From assembly GCF_006345805.1 (NCBI RefSeq), contig NC_043013.1:29698001-29762000 (forward strand): a stretch of 64,000 nucleotides of DNA. The letters are read 5' to 3'. Below are positions 11,747 to 24,844 of the stretch, one piece after another (the first letter of the stretch is position 1; each line of letters starts with the position of its first letter). The DNA is from Octopus sinensis (Eukaryota). The translations under genes and the position numbers were made by a program. Under the pieces are notes generated by a model, which was not told where the DNA came from, ran no database searches, and saw only the letters and a program-made list of their open reading frames with translations.

Positions 11747-12624
11747 AGCTGTTCTTGCGGTCAAGGTTGCATGGCAATTTATCAGACTGTATGTAGTCTT
11801 TATCTATCATACATCATTTAGAGCAAGGCAGTGTGTGTGTGTGTGTGTGTGATTGTGTATGTGTGTGACTGTGTGTGTGTGTGTGTGCGTGTGTGTGTAT
11901 GTGTGTGTGTGTGCATGTGCGTGTACATGTCTGTGTTTGTGTGTGTGTGTGAAAGCCCAATTGTAAACAAGTTGGAGAAATGTGAGTACTCGATACTGAA
12001 AGAATATCATCCTCCTCATCATCATCATCACTACAACCACCACCATCATCATCATCATCATTACTATCATCATTTAACATCTCCTTTCCATGCTGGCATG
12101 TGTGGGTATTTATTGAGGCTAAATCTTTATATTTCTTATCTTCTGACTAAGGAATGAAATGAAAATATTGAGATTATCTATCTAAGAATGTAATGACTTT
12201 TAAAACTCTTATTTGAATGCAACTTGTATTTTATATGAATTACTTCAGAAATTAAGTTAACTCTTTAAATTACTTTGGAATCTATTGTTAAATTTCCAGA
12301 ATCTGATGTCATATAAGATTAAATAAATCCTTGTCAAAGAAATCCAGGTGTTTTTGTTGAGTTGAGCGTCTTCAACTGTTGCAGTTCTCTGATTTTTACT
12401 AAACAAGATTTTCATAGAAATTTCCTATCAGATTTGATATTTATCTCTGAATGGCGGTGCCCCAGCATGGCCACAGCTTGTGAGCTGAAACTAAAAAAAA
12501 TAAATAAAATATTCATTAATACAGATGGAAAAAGAAGTTGTGAAAAGTTTTCCAGCTTTATAAGCTTCATTAATGCCAATAATGGTGGTGGTGGTGGTGG
12601 CGGTGGTGGCGGCGGTAGTGGTGA

Positions 12625-13446
12625 AATGCCCTGATGCAGTACCAGGCAGTGTCTCTCATGGCTTCTGATCTTAACTGATTGGAAGTGTCATCATGTACAT
12701 TGTTTTGTCTTGGTATAAAAGATGGGCTACAGCAAATATTCTGCTCAATACCACAGATTTGCTTGTCAGTTGTTTGACCTTAACCAGTTGAGCATGTCCC
12801 TTAGTGGCTGATGATATGTGCATCTCTGATCATGGGCAGAAGTAGTGGGGGAGCATCATAGCCATGTGTTGAGAGGGATTCTTTGGGATTTGAATAATTC
12901 ACTTCTGGAAACATGGGTGTTTCGTTCAACATCCTTAAACAACCCTTATTCAGGGACCTTTTGAGTTGGATGGGTCACTCAACCTGAAGAAAATTCTAAC
13001 TGGGCCCCACCTGCAAGGTGATGTGCTGTTTATCTTGATATGAGATCACCATGTCGTGCATATATGGCTGTGATGCATGTACCTTGCGTATCCTTATCAG
13101 ATGAGTAGTCATGATGGGTATGCTGGGCTTCATATATTTTACCCCAGTGTCACTTTGATGGCATGTACTGCTCTCTCACTCAATAACAATAATAATAATA
13201 GTTATCATAACAATAATAACAATAATAATAATCCTTTCTATTATATGCACAAGGCTTGAAACTTGGAGGAGGGGGTATGTCGATTACATCAACCACAGTA
13301 CTTGACTGGTACTTGATTTATTGACTTCGAAAGGATGAAAGACAAAGTCAACCTCAGTGGAGTTTGAACTTAGAATGTAAAGATAAGTGAAATACTGCTA
13401 AGCATTTTGCCCGGTGTGCTAATGATTCTGCAAGCTCGCCACTTTA

Positions 13447-13484
<38 letters not shown>

Positions 13485-14286
13485 GGCAGTGGCTCTCATG
13501 GCTTCTGATCTTAACTGATTGGAAGTGTTATCATGTACATTGTTTTGTCTTGGTATAAAAGATGGGCTACAGCAAATATTCTGCTCAATACCACAGATTT
13601 GCTTGTCAGTTGTTTGACCTTAACCAGTTGAGCATGTCCCTTAGTGGCTGACGATATGTGCATCTCTGATCACGAGCAGAAGTAGTGGGGGAGCATCATA
13701 GCCATGTGTTGAGAGGGATTCTTTGGGATTTGAATAACTCACTTCTGGAAACATGGGTGTTTCGTTCAACATCCTTAAACAACCCTTATTCAGGGACCTT
13801 TTGAGTTGGATGGGTCACTCAACCTGAAGAAAATTCTAACTGGGCCCCACCTGCAAGGTGATGTGCTGTTTATCTTGATATGAGATCACCATGTCGTGCA
13901 TATATGGCTGTGATGCATGTACCTTGCGTATCCTTATCAGATGAGTAGTCATGATGGGTATGCTGGGCTTCATATATTTTACCCCAGTGTCACTTTGATG
14001 GCATGTACTGCTCTCTCACTCAATAACAATAATAATAATAGTTATCATAACAATAATAACAATAATAATAATCCTTTCTATTATATGCACAAGGCTTGAA
14101 ACTTGGAGGAGGGGGTATGTCGATTACATCAACCACAGTACTTGACTGGTACTTGATTTATTGACTTCGAAAGGATGAAAGACAAAGTCAACCTCAGTGG
14201 AGTTTGAACTTAGAATGTAAAGATAAGTGAAATACTGCTAAGCATTTTGCCCGGTGTGCTAACGATTCTGCAAGCTCGCCACTTTA

Positions 14287-14321
<35 letters not shown>

Positions 14322-14858
14322 GGCAGTGGCTCTCATGGCTTCTGATCTTAACTGATTGGAAGTGTTATCATGTACATTGTTTTGTCTTGGTATAAAAGAT
14401 GGGCTACAGCAAATATTCTGCTCAATACCACAGATTTGCTTGTCAGTTGTTTGACCTTAACCAGTTGAGCATGTCCCTTAGTGGCTGACGATATGTGCAT
14501 CTCTGATCACGAGCAGAAGTAGTGGGGGAGCATCATAGCCATGTGTTGAGAGTGATTGTTTGGGGTTTGAATAGTTCACCTCTGGAAACATGGGTGGTTC
14601 TTTCAACATCCTTAAACAACCCTTATTCAGGGACCGTTTGAGCGGGATGGGCTACTCAACCTGAAGAAAATTCTAACTGGGCCCCACCTGCAAGGTCATG
14701 TGCTGTTTATCTTAATATGAGATCACCATGTCGCGCACATATGGTTGTGATGCATGTGCCTGGTGTACCTTTATCAGACGGGTAGTCATGATGGGTATAT
14801 TGGGCTTCGTATATTTTACCCCAGTGTCACTTTGATGGCATGAACTGCTCTCTCACTC
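12625..14858 (+). repeat. Three tandem copies of the 550-bp retroposon segment separated by duplicated SINE fragments (period 840/837 bp)
   Basis: Identical ORF-track peptides at 13077 and 13917; copies at 12625, 13485 and 14322. Confidence 0.95.
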
Positions 14859-17083
14859 AATAATAATAATAATAATATTAAGCATATTGTACCAAGCTAA
14901 AATTGAATGATAACTCTCAATCAAAATGAAAGCCCTATTGGAGTGATGGCAAATGATTTCAAGGGACAAGATATTATTCCCACAGGCACCTATTTGTTAA
15001 CCTGAGTGGAGATTTTTGACACAGTTTCCCATGTGTAGAGACCTATAAATATTAGAGACTTTTGAAGTATGTCGATTCCTTCTTGCATCTGCATGTACTT
15101 GCAAGTTTGGCAAAAGCAGAAATGCACTCAGTTATCATATTACTTTCAACAGAAAGGTAATAAGATTTTTAAAAAAATGAAACAAACCCTTCTTGAATAC
15201 AAGATCCTTGTATTTGTTCACACAAGACAAAATTCCTACTCCATTATTATAAATCAACCTATCTGACATAATACTTTGAGAAAGTGGAAATTCAATGATT
15301 ATTTTTATTATATTTCTCTCTCACTATTTCTTTCTTTGGTTATTTGTTTATTTGTCACACCCTTAAATTTCTTGTCATTTCTTATCTGTGTTTGCTTTCA
15401 TATTATTACATTTTTTGCTTTCTTATTTAATCTCTATCACTTTCTTATCTCCTTTTATCTTCTGTTATTCTTTCCTCTTCTTTTCTTTTTTTCCCTTTAT
15501 GTTCTTTCTTTCCCTTGCTGTCTTCCTTTCTCTCTTCATATTCTTGCATTATGTGATATGCAATGTAAACTGTTATTATAGATCAATTGAACCATCAGAG
15601 TATTTTGAGATTTTAAAAAATTAAATGATATTTCCAATCCTGTCTTTTGTGTTTCTCATCCTCTAATGTTTCTCATCTTCTTTCCTTTTTATATTCTATT
15701 TCACTCACTTCATTATCATCTTCATTTAATATCTATATTCCATGCTGGTGTGGGTTGGGCAGTTTGACAAGATCTGGTGATCAGTGGGGCTGCACTGAGC
15801 TCCAGTTTCAGCTTTGGCATGCTTTCTATAACTGGATGCCCTTCCTAATGTTAACAGTATGTACAGGGTACTTTGCTCTGTCGTGAATTATATTTTTTTG
15901 ATATAAACATTATGATCATTGATAGAACATAGGCGTAAGAGTGGCTGTGTGGTAAGTAGTTTGCTTACGAACCACATAGTTCTGGGTTCAGTCCCACTGT
16001 GTGGAACCTTGGGCAAGTGTCTTCTACTAATTGTTTTATCAACTTCAATTATAATCAGTTTGAGGTCATCCTGTTACCATGTCAACAATTATCGATTTAT
16101 TCCTATTCATTGAGCAATTTTTCCTTCATAGTGCATGGCAGAATCAACCCTTCAGCATGCTACAAAAAGCCAATATAATATGTATGTATGTATATAGGGT
16201 CCAGAAATAACCGTTTTGCTTTTAGCTAGGCTTTTAACAAAACACGAATATAGAAGGGGTCTTAGAAATGGAAAGTTTATGATATTCTTATGTAACAAAA
16301 ATGAAAAACAACATCCATTAACTATGAATTAAAAACGGGCTGAGATTTTTTACCCACCAGATATAAAAAATTAATATTATCATAATCTTTGGGAGAGCAC
16401 AAGATAGCAGGGTGGAGGGTAACCAAAAACTGAGACTGAGTTGTAATTAATATTTTGTTGGTGGGCTGTTTAACATCACTTATGGACCAATACTCCCCTC
16501 AATCAACTCCTCTTTTCTACCCTTTAAAGCAGTGGGTCCTGGGCGTGGTTCACAAAGACACCAATGTTATTATGATTAACATGGTTGGTAGATGACTGAA
16601 ACCATAGAAATTGAGATTAAGGGTACTGGGTTGTGTCCCTTGATGTTATAAGTTCCAAGTCTGTGAAGATGTTGAATTTGTCTTTGTTTGGGTTCAGTAA
16701 TATAAGGACAAACCAAGTACTGAGTCTAATTATGTTCCTTTCCCCAAAATTTGCATCAATGTTTGAATGAGCTTTGTTATCAAAACATTTATGTCATTTT
16801 CTCCTTTTTCTCTTAATCCTTCATTATTTAAACCAATCATATCAAACCCAAATAATCTTCTTGTTTTTTTTTTCTTATGTTCAAATTGGCCAGATTTGGC
16901 CTCTCACACCTGCATTACAATATCATTCCAAAAATAAGCAAGTATATCTTCAAAATGTTGAAGCTATGAGATAATGCCTGATTAATTCATAGCAATACCA
17001 ATAAATATTACATTTGACAGAGTAATCTGAATGTTCAACAGCTATGTACATGTATTTATTGTTGTTGACCTCCTCCTCTTCCT

Positions 17084-17290
17084 CCTGGCAGAATCATTAG
17101 CACACTAAGCAAATTGCTTAGTAGCATTTCATCTGTCCTTATGTTCCGGGTTCAAATTCTGCCGAGATTGACTTTGCCTTTCAACCTTTCAGGGTTGATT
17201 AAATAAGTACTAGTGAAACACTGGGGTCAAGGAAATTGACTTGTCCCCCTCTCCCAAAATTGCTGCCCTTGTAGTAAAATTTGAAATCAT
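17084..17290 (+). mobile_element. SINE family B
   Basis: Same head and core. Confidence 0.8.
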
Positions 17291-17304
17291 CATCATTATT
17301 ATTA

Positions 17305-17360
<56 letters not shown>

Positions 17361-17397
17361 TCGCCCAGTTAGCAAATAAAAGGAATCATTACTATTA

Positions 17398-17455
<58 letters not shown>

Positions 17456-17861
17456 CATTATTATTATTATCATTATTGCCTATGCACAGCTTCTAATGCT
17501 GGAAATGTACTACAGTGTCAGCTGTTCACTACCAGTGAACTAAGGTAACACCTCTTATTTTTCGAGCACCTTCCGGAGTATTCAAACGGTTCCAAGCAGT
17601 GCTGTTTTCTGCAAGAGCTCCACCCTTATCACAGACCCTATTTGTCCCACGTACTTCTCAAAATTTTTGCTCACTGTTCCCAGGGCTCTGACAATTATTG
17701 GTACTACTGCTACCGTTTTCATCGACCACAACTGCTTAACTTCCCAAGCTAACTTATCTCTCGACTTTTCTTTCTTCCTTATTGCATACCTTGTTGTCAG
17801 CTGGGTATGCTATATCTATGATCCAGCATCATTATTGTTATTATTATCATTATTATTATTA

Positions 17862-17925
<64 letters not shown>

Positions 17926-17971
17926 TAATGTTGTTGTTGTTTTCGTTATATATTTCGTTATATATTTATAG

Positions 17972-18114
17972 TTTGTAGAGTGAGAACTCAAGGATTTGTG
18001 AATGTAACTTTCAACGTTGTCAGCAAAGATATCAAAAAACTTGGTTACATCAATCAAGTCAGCCAACCCCAAGGGACAGCAGCAACAGAAACCATTGCAG
18101 CAGTGAAATCCTGA
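17972..18114 (+). CDS. B9D1: B9D1 terminal coding exon
   Basis: atatttatag| acceptor; the phase-1 join gives GTT(V). Translates CRVRTQGFVNVTFNVVSKDIKKLGYINQVSQPQGTAATETIAAVKS*, matching [26 protein letters not shown]. TGA at 18112-18114. Confidence 0.94.
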
Positions 18115-18312
18115 GCCTTCTTCTGAGATTCTGTCAAAACATCTTCAATTGTCATTTTATATTCTTAAATATTTATTCCATCGACTGTCCAAAGAAATTT
18201 ATTCCATCATTTCTATGATGTAACACTTACCATCTATAGTATACAGACTATTTTTTTTATGTTTATACATTATGTACCATAATATATTGTATGCAGATGT
18301 TAGTTTTTAATC

Positions 18313-18318
18313 AATAAA
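18313..18318 (+). terminator. Putative B9D1 polyadenylation signal AATAAA
   Basis: AATAAA about 200 nt after the stop codon, followed by T-rich sequence; unique sequence ends and a SINE starts shortly after. Confidence 0.6.
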
Positions 18319-18367
18319 ATAAAATGTTTTTCAAATGTTATTTCTGTTTTGATTATTTGAAGTCTAC

Positions 18368-19320
18368 AGCTGTGTGGTTAAGAAGCCCGCTTTGCAGCCT
18401 TGTGGTTTTCAGTTCAGTTCCACTGTGTGGCAGCACTTTGAGCCTGTGTCTTTTACTGTCCTTGGGTTGACTAATGCTTTGTGAGTGAATTTGGTATATG
18501 GAAACCTCATGTGTTTTAGGGTTCAGTACCACTTTGCAGCATTTTGGTAAAATATCTTTGACTATCTCCCTCGGCCAATCAATGTGGATTTGGTAGATGA
18601 AAACTGAAAGAAGCCAGTGAAATGTTAGCACGCCGGATGAAATGCTTAGCGATATTTTGTCTGCCATTATGTTCTGAGTTCAAATTCTGCCGAGGTCAAC
18701 TTTGCCTTTCATCCTTTCGGGGTCGATAAATTAAGTACCAGTTACGCACTGAGGTTGATCTAATCAACTTAATCCCTTTGTCTGTCCTTATTTGTCCCCT
18801 CTATGTTTAGCCCCTTGTGGGCAATAAAGAAAGAAGGAAACTGAAAGAAGCCCATCATCCGTGTGTGTATGTGTATATGTCTTTGTGTGTTTTGTGTTTG
18901 TGACCCCCTCCCCACCACTTGATGATCAATGCTGGTTTGTTTATGTCCCTGTAACTTAGCAGTTTGACAAAAGACTCTGATAGAATATCTACTAGGCTTT
19001 AAAAAATATGTATTGGTGTTGATTTGTTCAACTAAACCTTTAACACAATGCCCCAGTATGGCCACATTCCAACGACTGAAACAAGTAAAAGACAAAAGAT
19101 ATATGCATGTGTTTATGTGTATAATTGTGTGTGTATGTGTATGCATTTGTCCTCCCACTGTTTGACAAAGTTGTTGGTTTCTTTACATCACTGTAACTTA
19201 GCAGTTTGGCAAATGAAACCAATAGAATAATTACCAGACTTAAGAATAAGTATTGCGGTCTATTTGTTTGAGTAAACCCTTCGAGGCACAGCCTCAGCAT
19301 GGCTGCTGTCCAATGAGTCC
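18368..19320 (+). mobile_element. Cluster of family A fragments with a family B SINE nested at 18624-18833
   Basis: Head at 18368, B-family body at 18624, A-family 3' halves at 18836-19095 and 19150-19320. Confidence 0.75.
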
Positions 19321-20188
19321 AATGTAATGCTTTGTTTGAGCTGTTGGAGCCGTTGAGCAGTTAATGCTCATGAGCAAGGAAAAGATTTCAGAGGGTCAAT
19401 GTTTTGAAGAGAAAAGACTTGGAATAATAGTGTGGTGTTGGAGACGGTAGTGATGCAATAGATGTGATGAGAGGTGAAGAAATTAGAGGGTCAAAGGTAT
19501 GAGATCAACCAACCCTGAGAAACTAAAGTTATAATAATGTTGGTAGAAAGGACAGAGTAAGGTGAGGGTATGCTTAAAAATCAGAAGCTGAAGTATGTCA
19601 GTTAATGATTGAATGCCAGTCAGTCAAGAGGGTCTTTTCTGGATAGGCGGGTGATGGAAAAGTTCATAGGCTGACTATGAAGGAATGATGTTAGAACTGT
19701 GAAACCTTGCATGCATTAATTTCAACTCTCTTCTTATTATTAATTACATTGTGCTCTTATGGGGCCCTCTGAAAATTGCCTGTGCAAGTACCATGTAAAA
19801 GCAGCCAGGCTGGTGTGATTTAAAATCACCTGTGCCTGTGCTACAATAAAGCACCCAGTACACTTAAGTTAAGTTAAATTAAGTTAATTTTTTGGCTCAA
19901 AAAGCAAAAAGCAAGGCCATGTAGGGGGACATAGAGTTATGTACAGGGAGGGTGTTCATGCTAAGAGTTCAGGTCATTTCTGGTCAAGAGAGACTTTGAA
20001 CCGAGCGGTTCAACCACTGTAAAGTGGTTGGCAGTAAGGAGGGCATACAACCCTAGAAACCATGCCAAAACAGACAAAATGTAGCTTGTGCAGCTCTCCA
20101 GCTGACCAGCTACTGTCAAACCATCCAACACATACCAGTATGGAGAATGGACATTAGTTGATGATTTTTTTCCCAGACAAACTGACAT

Positions 20189-20445
20189 TCTATATTTAAG
20201 AGATGAGGAATTATGTACATTATTTACATTATTTACATTTGACGGATATTTGTCCACATCTCGTTTGTTGTTAACACAACGTTTCAGCTGATATACCCTC
20301 AAGCCTTCATCATGTGCCTTGGGGAAATTTCGAACCAGGGTTCTTGTGCCCATGGGCATATGGAGTAGTGGTTAAGAGCGCAGGCTACTTTCCCCAAGAT
20401 TCCGAGTTCAATTCCAGGCTGTGACCTAAATAATAATAATAACAT
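20189..20445. mobile_element. Same HHR-SINE with an inverted 5' head (body on -, head on +)
   Basis: Body 20189-20345 is homologous to 8655-8780. Head plus AAT linker 20352-20445 is on the opposite strand, with a TGCCCATGGGCA junction. Confidence 0.7.
20274..20317 (-). ncRNA. Minimal type I hammerhead ribozyme (C3A variant), same family as 8712-8755
   Basis: Minus strand reads GCAC-ATGATGA-A-GGCTT-gagggtatat-CAGCT-GAAAC-GT-T-GTGT. GAAAC-GU-U is intact; one core change. Confidence 0.78.
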
Positions 20446-21337
20446 TTGGTTGTTCAAAGACTTCAAAAGTAAGTAGTAACAACTGAAAATTGGCACTGTG
20501 GTGTTATGAAGTACCTTCAGAAAAGGGTTCAGCCCCAAGGACATTCATGCTGACAGGGTCGCTACATTAGGGGGGATAATGCTGCAGCTTTATCAAAGTG
20601 GGATGCTGAATTTAGGAGAGAAAGGGAGAGTTTGAAGATAATCCAAGGTCTGGACAACCTGCAACTGCCACCACTGAGGAAAACATTGATCATGTTCACC
20701 CCATGGTGATAGGTGACAGGCGATTGATGATAAATCAAATAGTTAATGCTATTAGCATATCCCATGAGAGAGTTGAAAATATTCTGCATTATGCACTTGG
20801 CATGACAAAGGTTTCTGCTTGGTGGGTGCCATGTCTCCTGACAACTGATTAAAAACACACTGGGATAATCACATCACGGGAAAATTTGATATTGTTTGAG
20901 GCAGATCTAACTGGTTTCCTTGAATGTTTCCTAAGCCAGGATAAATCATGGGTTCATCACATTGAGCCATTGACCAAGGGACAATCCATGCCATGGAAAC
21001 ACCACTCCTCACCTGTAACCAAAGAAGACCAAAGTCCTATCATCTTCCAGGAGGTGATAGTCACAGTTTTTTGGGATGCAAAAGGCATTGTATTTATTAA
21101 CTATCTTCAAAAGGGCTGTGCCATCAATGGAAAGTACTATGCCAACTTGTTGAGGCAGTTACAAAAGGCTATCAAGACCAAACACTTATGAAAAGTGACA
21201 AAAGGTGTCTGGTTTCGTCAGGACAGTGCTACAGTACACGAGCCGTCAGTTTCAATGGTCTCTGTGCATGACTGTGGCTTTGAATTGGTTGATCACCTTC
21301 CATAGTCTCCTGATTTGGTTCCATCTGACAATCATCT

Positions 21338-21727
21338 GTGTGGAAGCACTCTGTCGGTTACGACGACGAGGGTTCCGGTTGATCCGATCAACGGAACAGC
21401 CTGCTCGTGAAATTAACGTGTAAGTGGCTGAGCACTCCACAGACACATGTACCCTTAACGTAGTTCTCGGGGATATTCAGCGTGACACAGAGAGTGACAA
21501 GGCCGGCCCTTTGAAATAAAATACAGGTACAACAGAAACAGGAAGTAAGAGTGAGAGAAAGTTGTGGTGAAAGAGTACAGCAGGGATCACCACCATCCCT
21601 GCCGGAGCCTCGTGGAGCTTTAGGTGTTTTCGCTCAATAAACACTCACAACGCCCGGTCTGGGAATCGAAACCGCGATCCTACGACCGCGAGTCCGCTGC
21701 CCTAACCACTGGGCCATTGCGCTTCCT
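21338..21727 (-). mobile_element. tRNA-derived SINE family C with a 12-bp TSD, inserted in the mariner ORF
   Basis: TGACAATCATCT at 21326-21337 and 21728-21739; head gcgcaatggcccagtggttagggcagcggactcgcggtc. Confidence 0.92.
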
Positions 21728-22444
21728 TGACAATCATCTATCCACCAACATAAAAAAAAAACACTTGGCTGGGAACTAGTATCATAATGATGATGATGTC
21801 ATCTGTGCTGTTGATGACTTTTTCCGACCAACAGGATGAAAACTTCTTCACCGTTGGGATCCAAGCACTGCAACACTGATGGACAATGTGTGTGAGCCGC
21901 ACAGGGGACTTTGTTGAAAAATTAACCTCATTTGGTTGCATTCCATGAGAGTATCTTGGTCAGCCTATGAACTTTTCAGCCTCGCATGATACAGGATGTC
22001 TATCAGAATGGCAACAGAACTCTCCTTGATGTACGAACAGTGCTCCATCGAGGGCCTCACTTGATCCTTGTAGTCATCAACTACTAGGTGCAGAAATATT
22101 TGCATAAACATGTGGAAGGTAACAGTAGAAGAGCCACCATTGCTTATTCGGATAGTTTTTGGAAATTCTGATTTTATATTATCGAGAAGTCTTGTTCAAA
22201 TTTGTTTCTAAAAATTTCAGTTTGAGACTTGAATCTCATGACAGCTCTGTAACATTTTGAACTTTCATTCAAAGAAACATATTTCGCATGTCCTTTTGCT
22301 AAAATGAACGAGATTTGCACAAAATCTAATTTAACATTTTCTACATCTGCTAGAAAATATTTGCTCAACATTTTTACCGTACATACCAAACGTTCAATTA
22401 TAATCAATAAAAAGTTGAATTATTTTCAGAGACAAAATCATGTC

Positions 22445-22830
22445 TATTTCACCTTGTTATCTTTTACTGGTTTCAGTTGTTGTGCTGTGGCCTTGCTGGG
22501 GCATTGCCTTGAATGATGTAGTCAAACAAATCGATCACGGTACTTGTATTTAAAAGTGTGGTACTTATTCTATTGGTCTCTTTGCTGAAGCTGCTAGGTT
22601 ATGAGGACATAAACAAACCATCAGAGGTTGTCAAGGGGTGATGAGGAGGGAATATAAAACAAACTCACACATACACACGCATTTATATAATGGGATTCTA
22701 CACAATTTTGATCTACCAAATTCTTTCTCAAGGCATTGCTTGACCCAAGACTTTTGTAGATGGTATTTGCACAAGCTCCCATATTATGGAACTGAATCTA
22801 AAAGTGAGCTTCTAAACTACATAGGCATGT
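22445..22830 (-). mobile_element. SINE family A (diverged), inserted in the hAT fossil
   Basis: Reverse-complement tail actggtttcagt and core ttgcacaagctccc. Confidence 0.65.
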
Positions 22831-23958
22831 CTAAAACATTTCAAATTTATATCTTGTACTGCTTGTTTCCATAGGTTTAAATGTATTCCCAAATATTTCA
22901 TTTCTTTTTTATCTTTCAAATAGAAGTGTTTGCTTCCTTCTTATGCAGAAACATGTTAAGTATTTCATTAAAATTTATAAACATATCTGACAATAAAATT
23001 GGATAAGCCAATCTTTATTATTGTAAGATCCTGTAAGATTTAAGTTATTTTCAGATAAACCCCTTTCTTAATTTTTGCTTTTAGTCTATTAGTTGTTTCA
23101 AAGTTCATCCCTTGGGGAAACTTTATATTTCTGTCTGCAGTAAAAGTTTACCGAATTTGAGTCCGATATCTCCCAATATTGTATTATCTAGGATACAAAT
23201 TAAATTCTCCAGAAGAAAATTTATGATCAAAAATGGTAGGTCCACTTATATACCAAGACGACTTTGGGGGACCGAAAAGTCCTTGTGAAATGCAGCAAAA
23301 TTTGGAAAGATAATGACATTGTTTGAATGTATACACTACATGTTTATCCTAGATACTACATCGACATATATGCCAGAAATATGGTAGATGGCTTTTCTAT
23401 CGATTTGTAATAGTGTTTATTATTTCCATTTATGACCATACTTAGATCTGAATAAATTTTTTGCCAGTACTTACTGATTGATGGATCTGGTGAATATTGT
23501 TGGCTCAGTGCTTTGCAAATTTATTTTTAGTTTGAAATCTTGCATTGATGCTGTGTCATTGCCACATATCCACAACTCTTCGCGCTTTATAAAAATATGG
23601 TTTACGGACAAAAACAACTTCATATCTTGTATGTCCATCTAATGATTAACAAACAGTAAGTTCTTTGCTCCCTGTTTGCATATGAATATCTGACAAATGC
23701 CGATAATTGAGTAGTGTTTGTAATGTGGGTTGATTTTTATCTAATTGAATTACAAATTTAGTACTTTAACTCTGTCAATAATTTGCACAAATTAGTTATT
23801 GCAAATATTTGCAATTTTATATATACTGTATTTCAAATTGCATTATATTTGACAGAAGAATTTTCTTTTATTGCATCTGCATTTTTTGTTTCCAAAATAT
23901 TTTTCTTGTGATTCTACTCATTGTTGACAGCACAAACTTCTTTCCCAATCGTCTCGGG

Positions 23959-24212
23959 CAGTGTGTCTCAACCATTTTTGACCCATAGACCCCTTTGATT
24001 CCTGTTGTACTTAGATGGACCCTCATAGCCATTCTATGTTTTTAAAAATCATATTGTATTTTTATAATTAAATATTATTAGGAATTGTATTAAATATTGT
24101 TAAAATATGTTGTGAATAGCAGAAGTACAACAAATTTATTGCAGATAAATTTTAACAACAAAATCTTATATGGCTCCCTACGGGTCATGTAGACCCCAAT
24201 TGAGAACCAATG
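23959..24212. mobile_element. hAT MITE (254 bp)
   Basis: TIRs CAGTGTGTCTCAA and TTGAGAACCAATG; 8-bp TSD GTCTCGGG / ATCTAGGG (6/8), resembling the NTCTAGAN target. Confidence 0.75.
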
Positions 24213-24687
24213 ATCTAGGGTTTCTTAGCTTCTAAATTTATGTAAGATTGATGCTTTTGGTAGATTCCTTGAAGCAGTGTATTTAAAAAAAAAAAAAATC
24301 ATTATTGTTTTTTGAAGATTTCAGCAGTCTTTAATAAACAGTTAGGATTTGCTTGCAGCAGGAGTAAGTATTATATCAATATAGCCTTTTTGATTCTGCA
24401 GTTTCCATTCTTTCATTTACTAAATATTTCTTACATGGTTTCTTCCTCTTTTGAACAGAATGACCTCAGGATACATTCCCCCGTTCTTTTATGCATGGTG
24501 CATTGTATTCATGAAAAGTTGTGGAATGCCTCATATTTATTCCCAAGGCATGTACTGACAGTGACTCCAGAATTACAATTCTGTTCCTCCCCAGGTTCTG
24601 TGTATCTTTGTTGTGGAGTGTTTGTGGGCTGATAGCAAAGAGCTTGGAATTACGTTGCATTAAATAGCATATTATCATTCTTCAGCC

Positions 24688-24765
<78 letters not shown>

Positions 24766-24844
24766 AGATGGAGAGAAAAGGGAGAGGGCGAAGGTGGAAT
24801 GGGGATCCCTGTGCATGTGTGTGTATATGTCTATGTGGATATTT

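Larger units (their letters stand above)
19645..21986 (+). mobile_element. Decayed mariner element with nested insertions
   Basis: Matching ends AAAAGTTCATAGGCTGAC (about 19658) and GTCAGCCTATGAACTTTT (about 21959). Transposase remnants 20486-21930: WWVPCLL, QDKSWVHH, FWDAKG, SPDLVPSDNHL, DDDVICAV. Confidence 0.85.
22090..24560 (-). pseudogene. Decayed hAT transposase (Buster/Charlie/SPIN-like), interrupted by a SINE and a hAT MITE
   Basis: Frame-broken motifs in the expected order: PCKKYLVNERM, AKKP*TIGKEV, IQLD..T.ITNTTQLSAFVRY, KLLLQTEI*SFPKG, FQKLSE*AMVALLLLPSTCLC. Confidence 0.75.

Noticed and set aside
12805-12845. CTGATGA/CTGACGA in the 550-bp retroposon copies
   Set aside because: No downstream GAAA or stem III; a chance heptamer.
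24436-24687. Apparent minus-strand exon with (CT)n-ccag acceptor and gtaag donor
   Set aside because: All three frames hit stops, and the 3' part fits the N-terminus of the hAT fossil.
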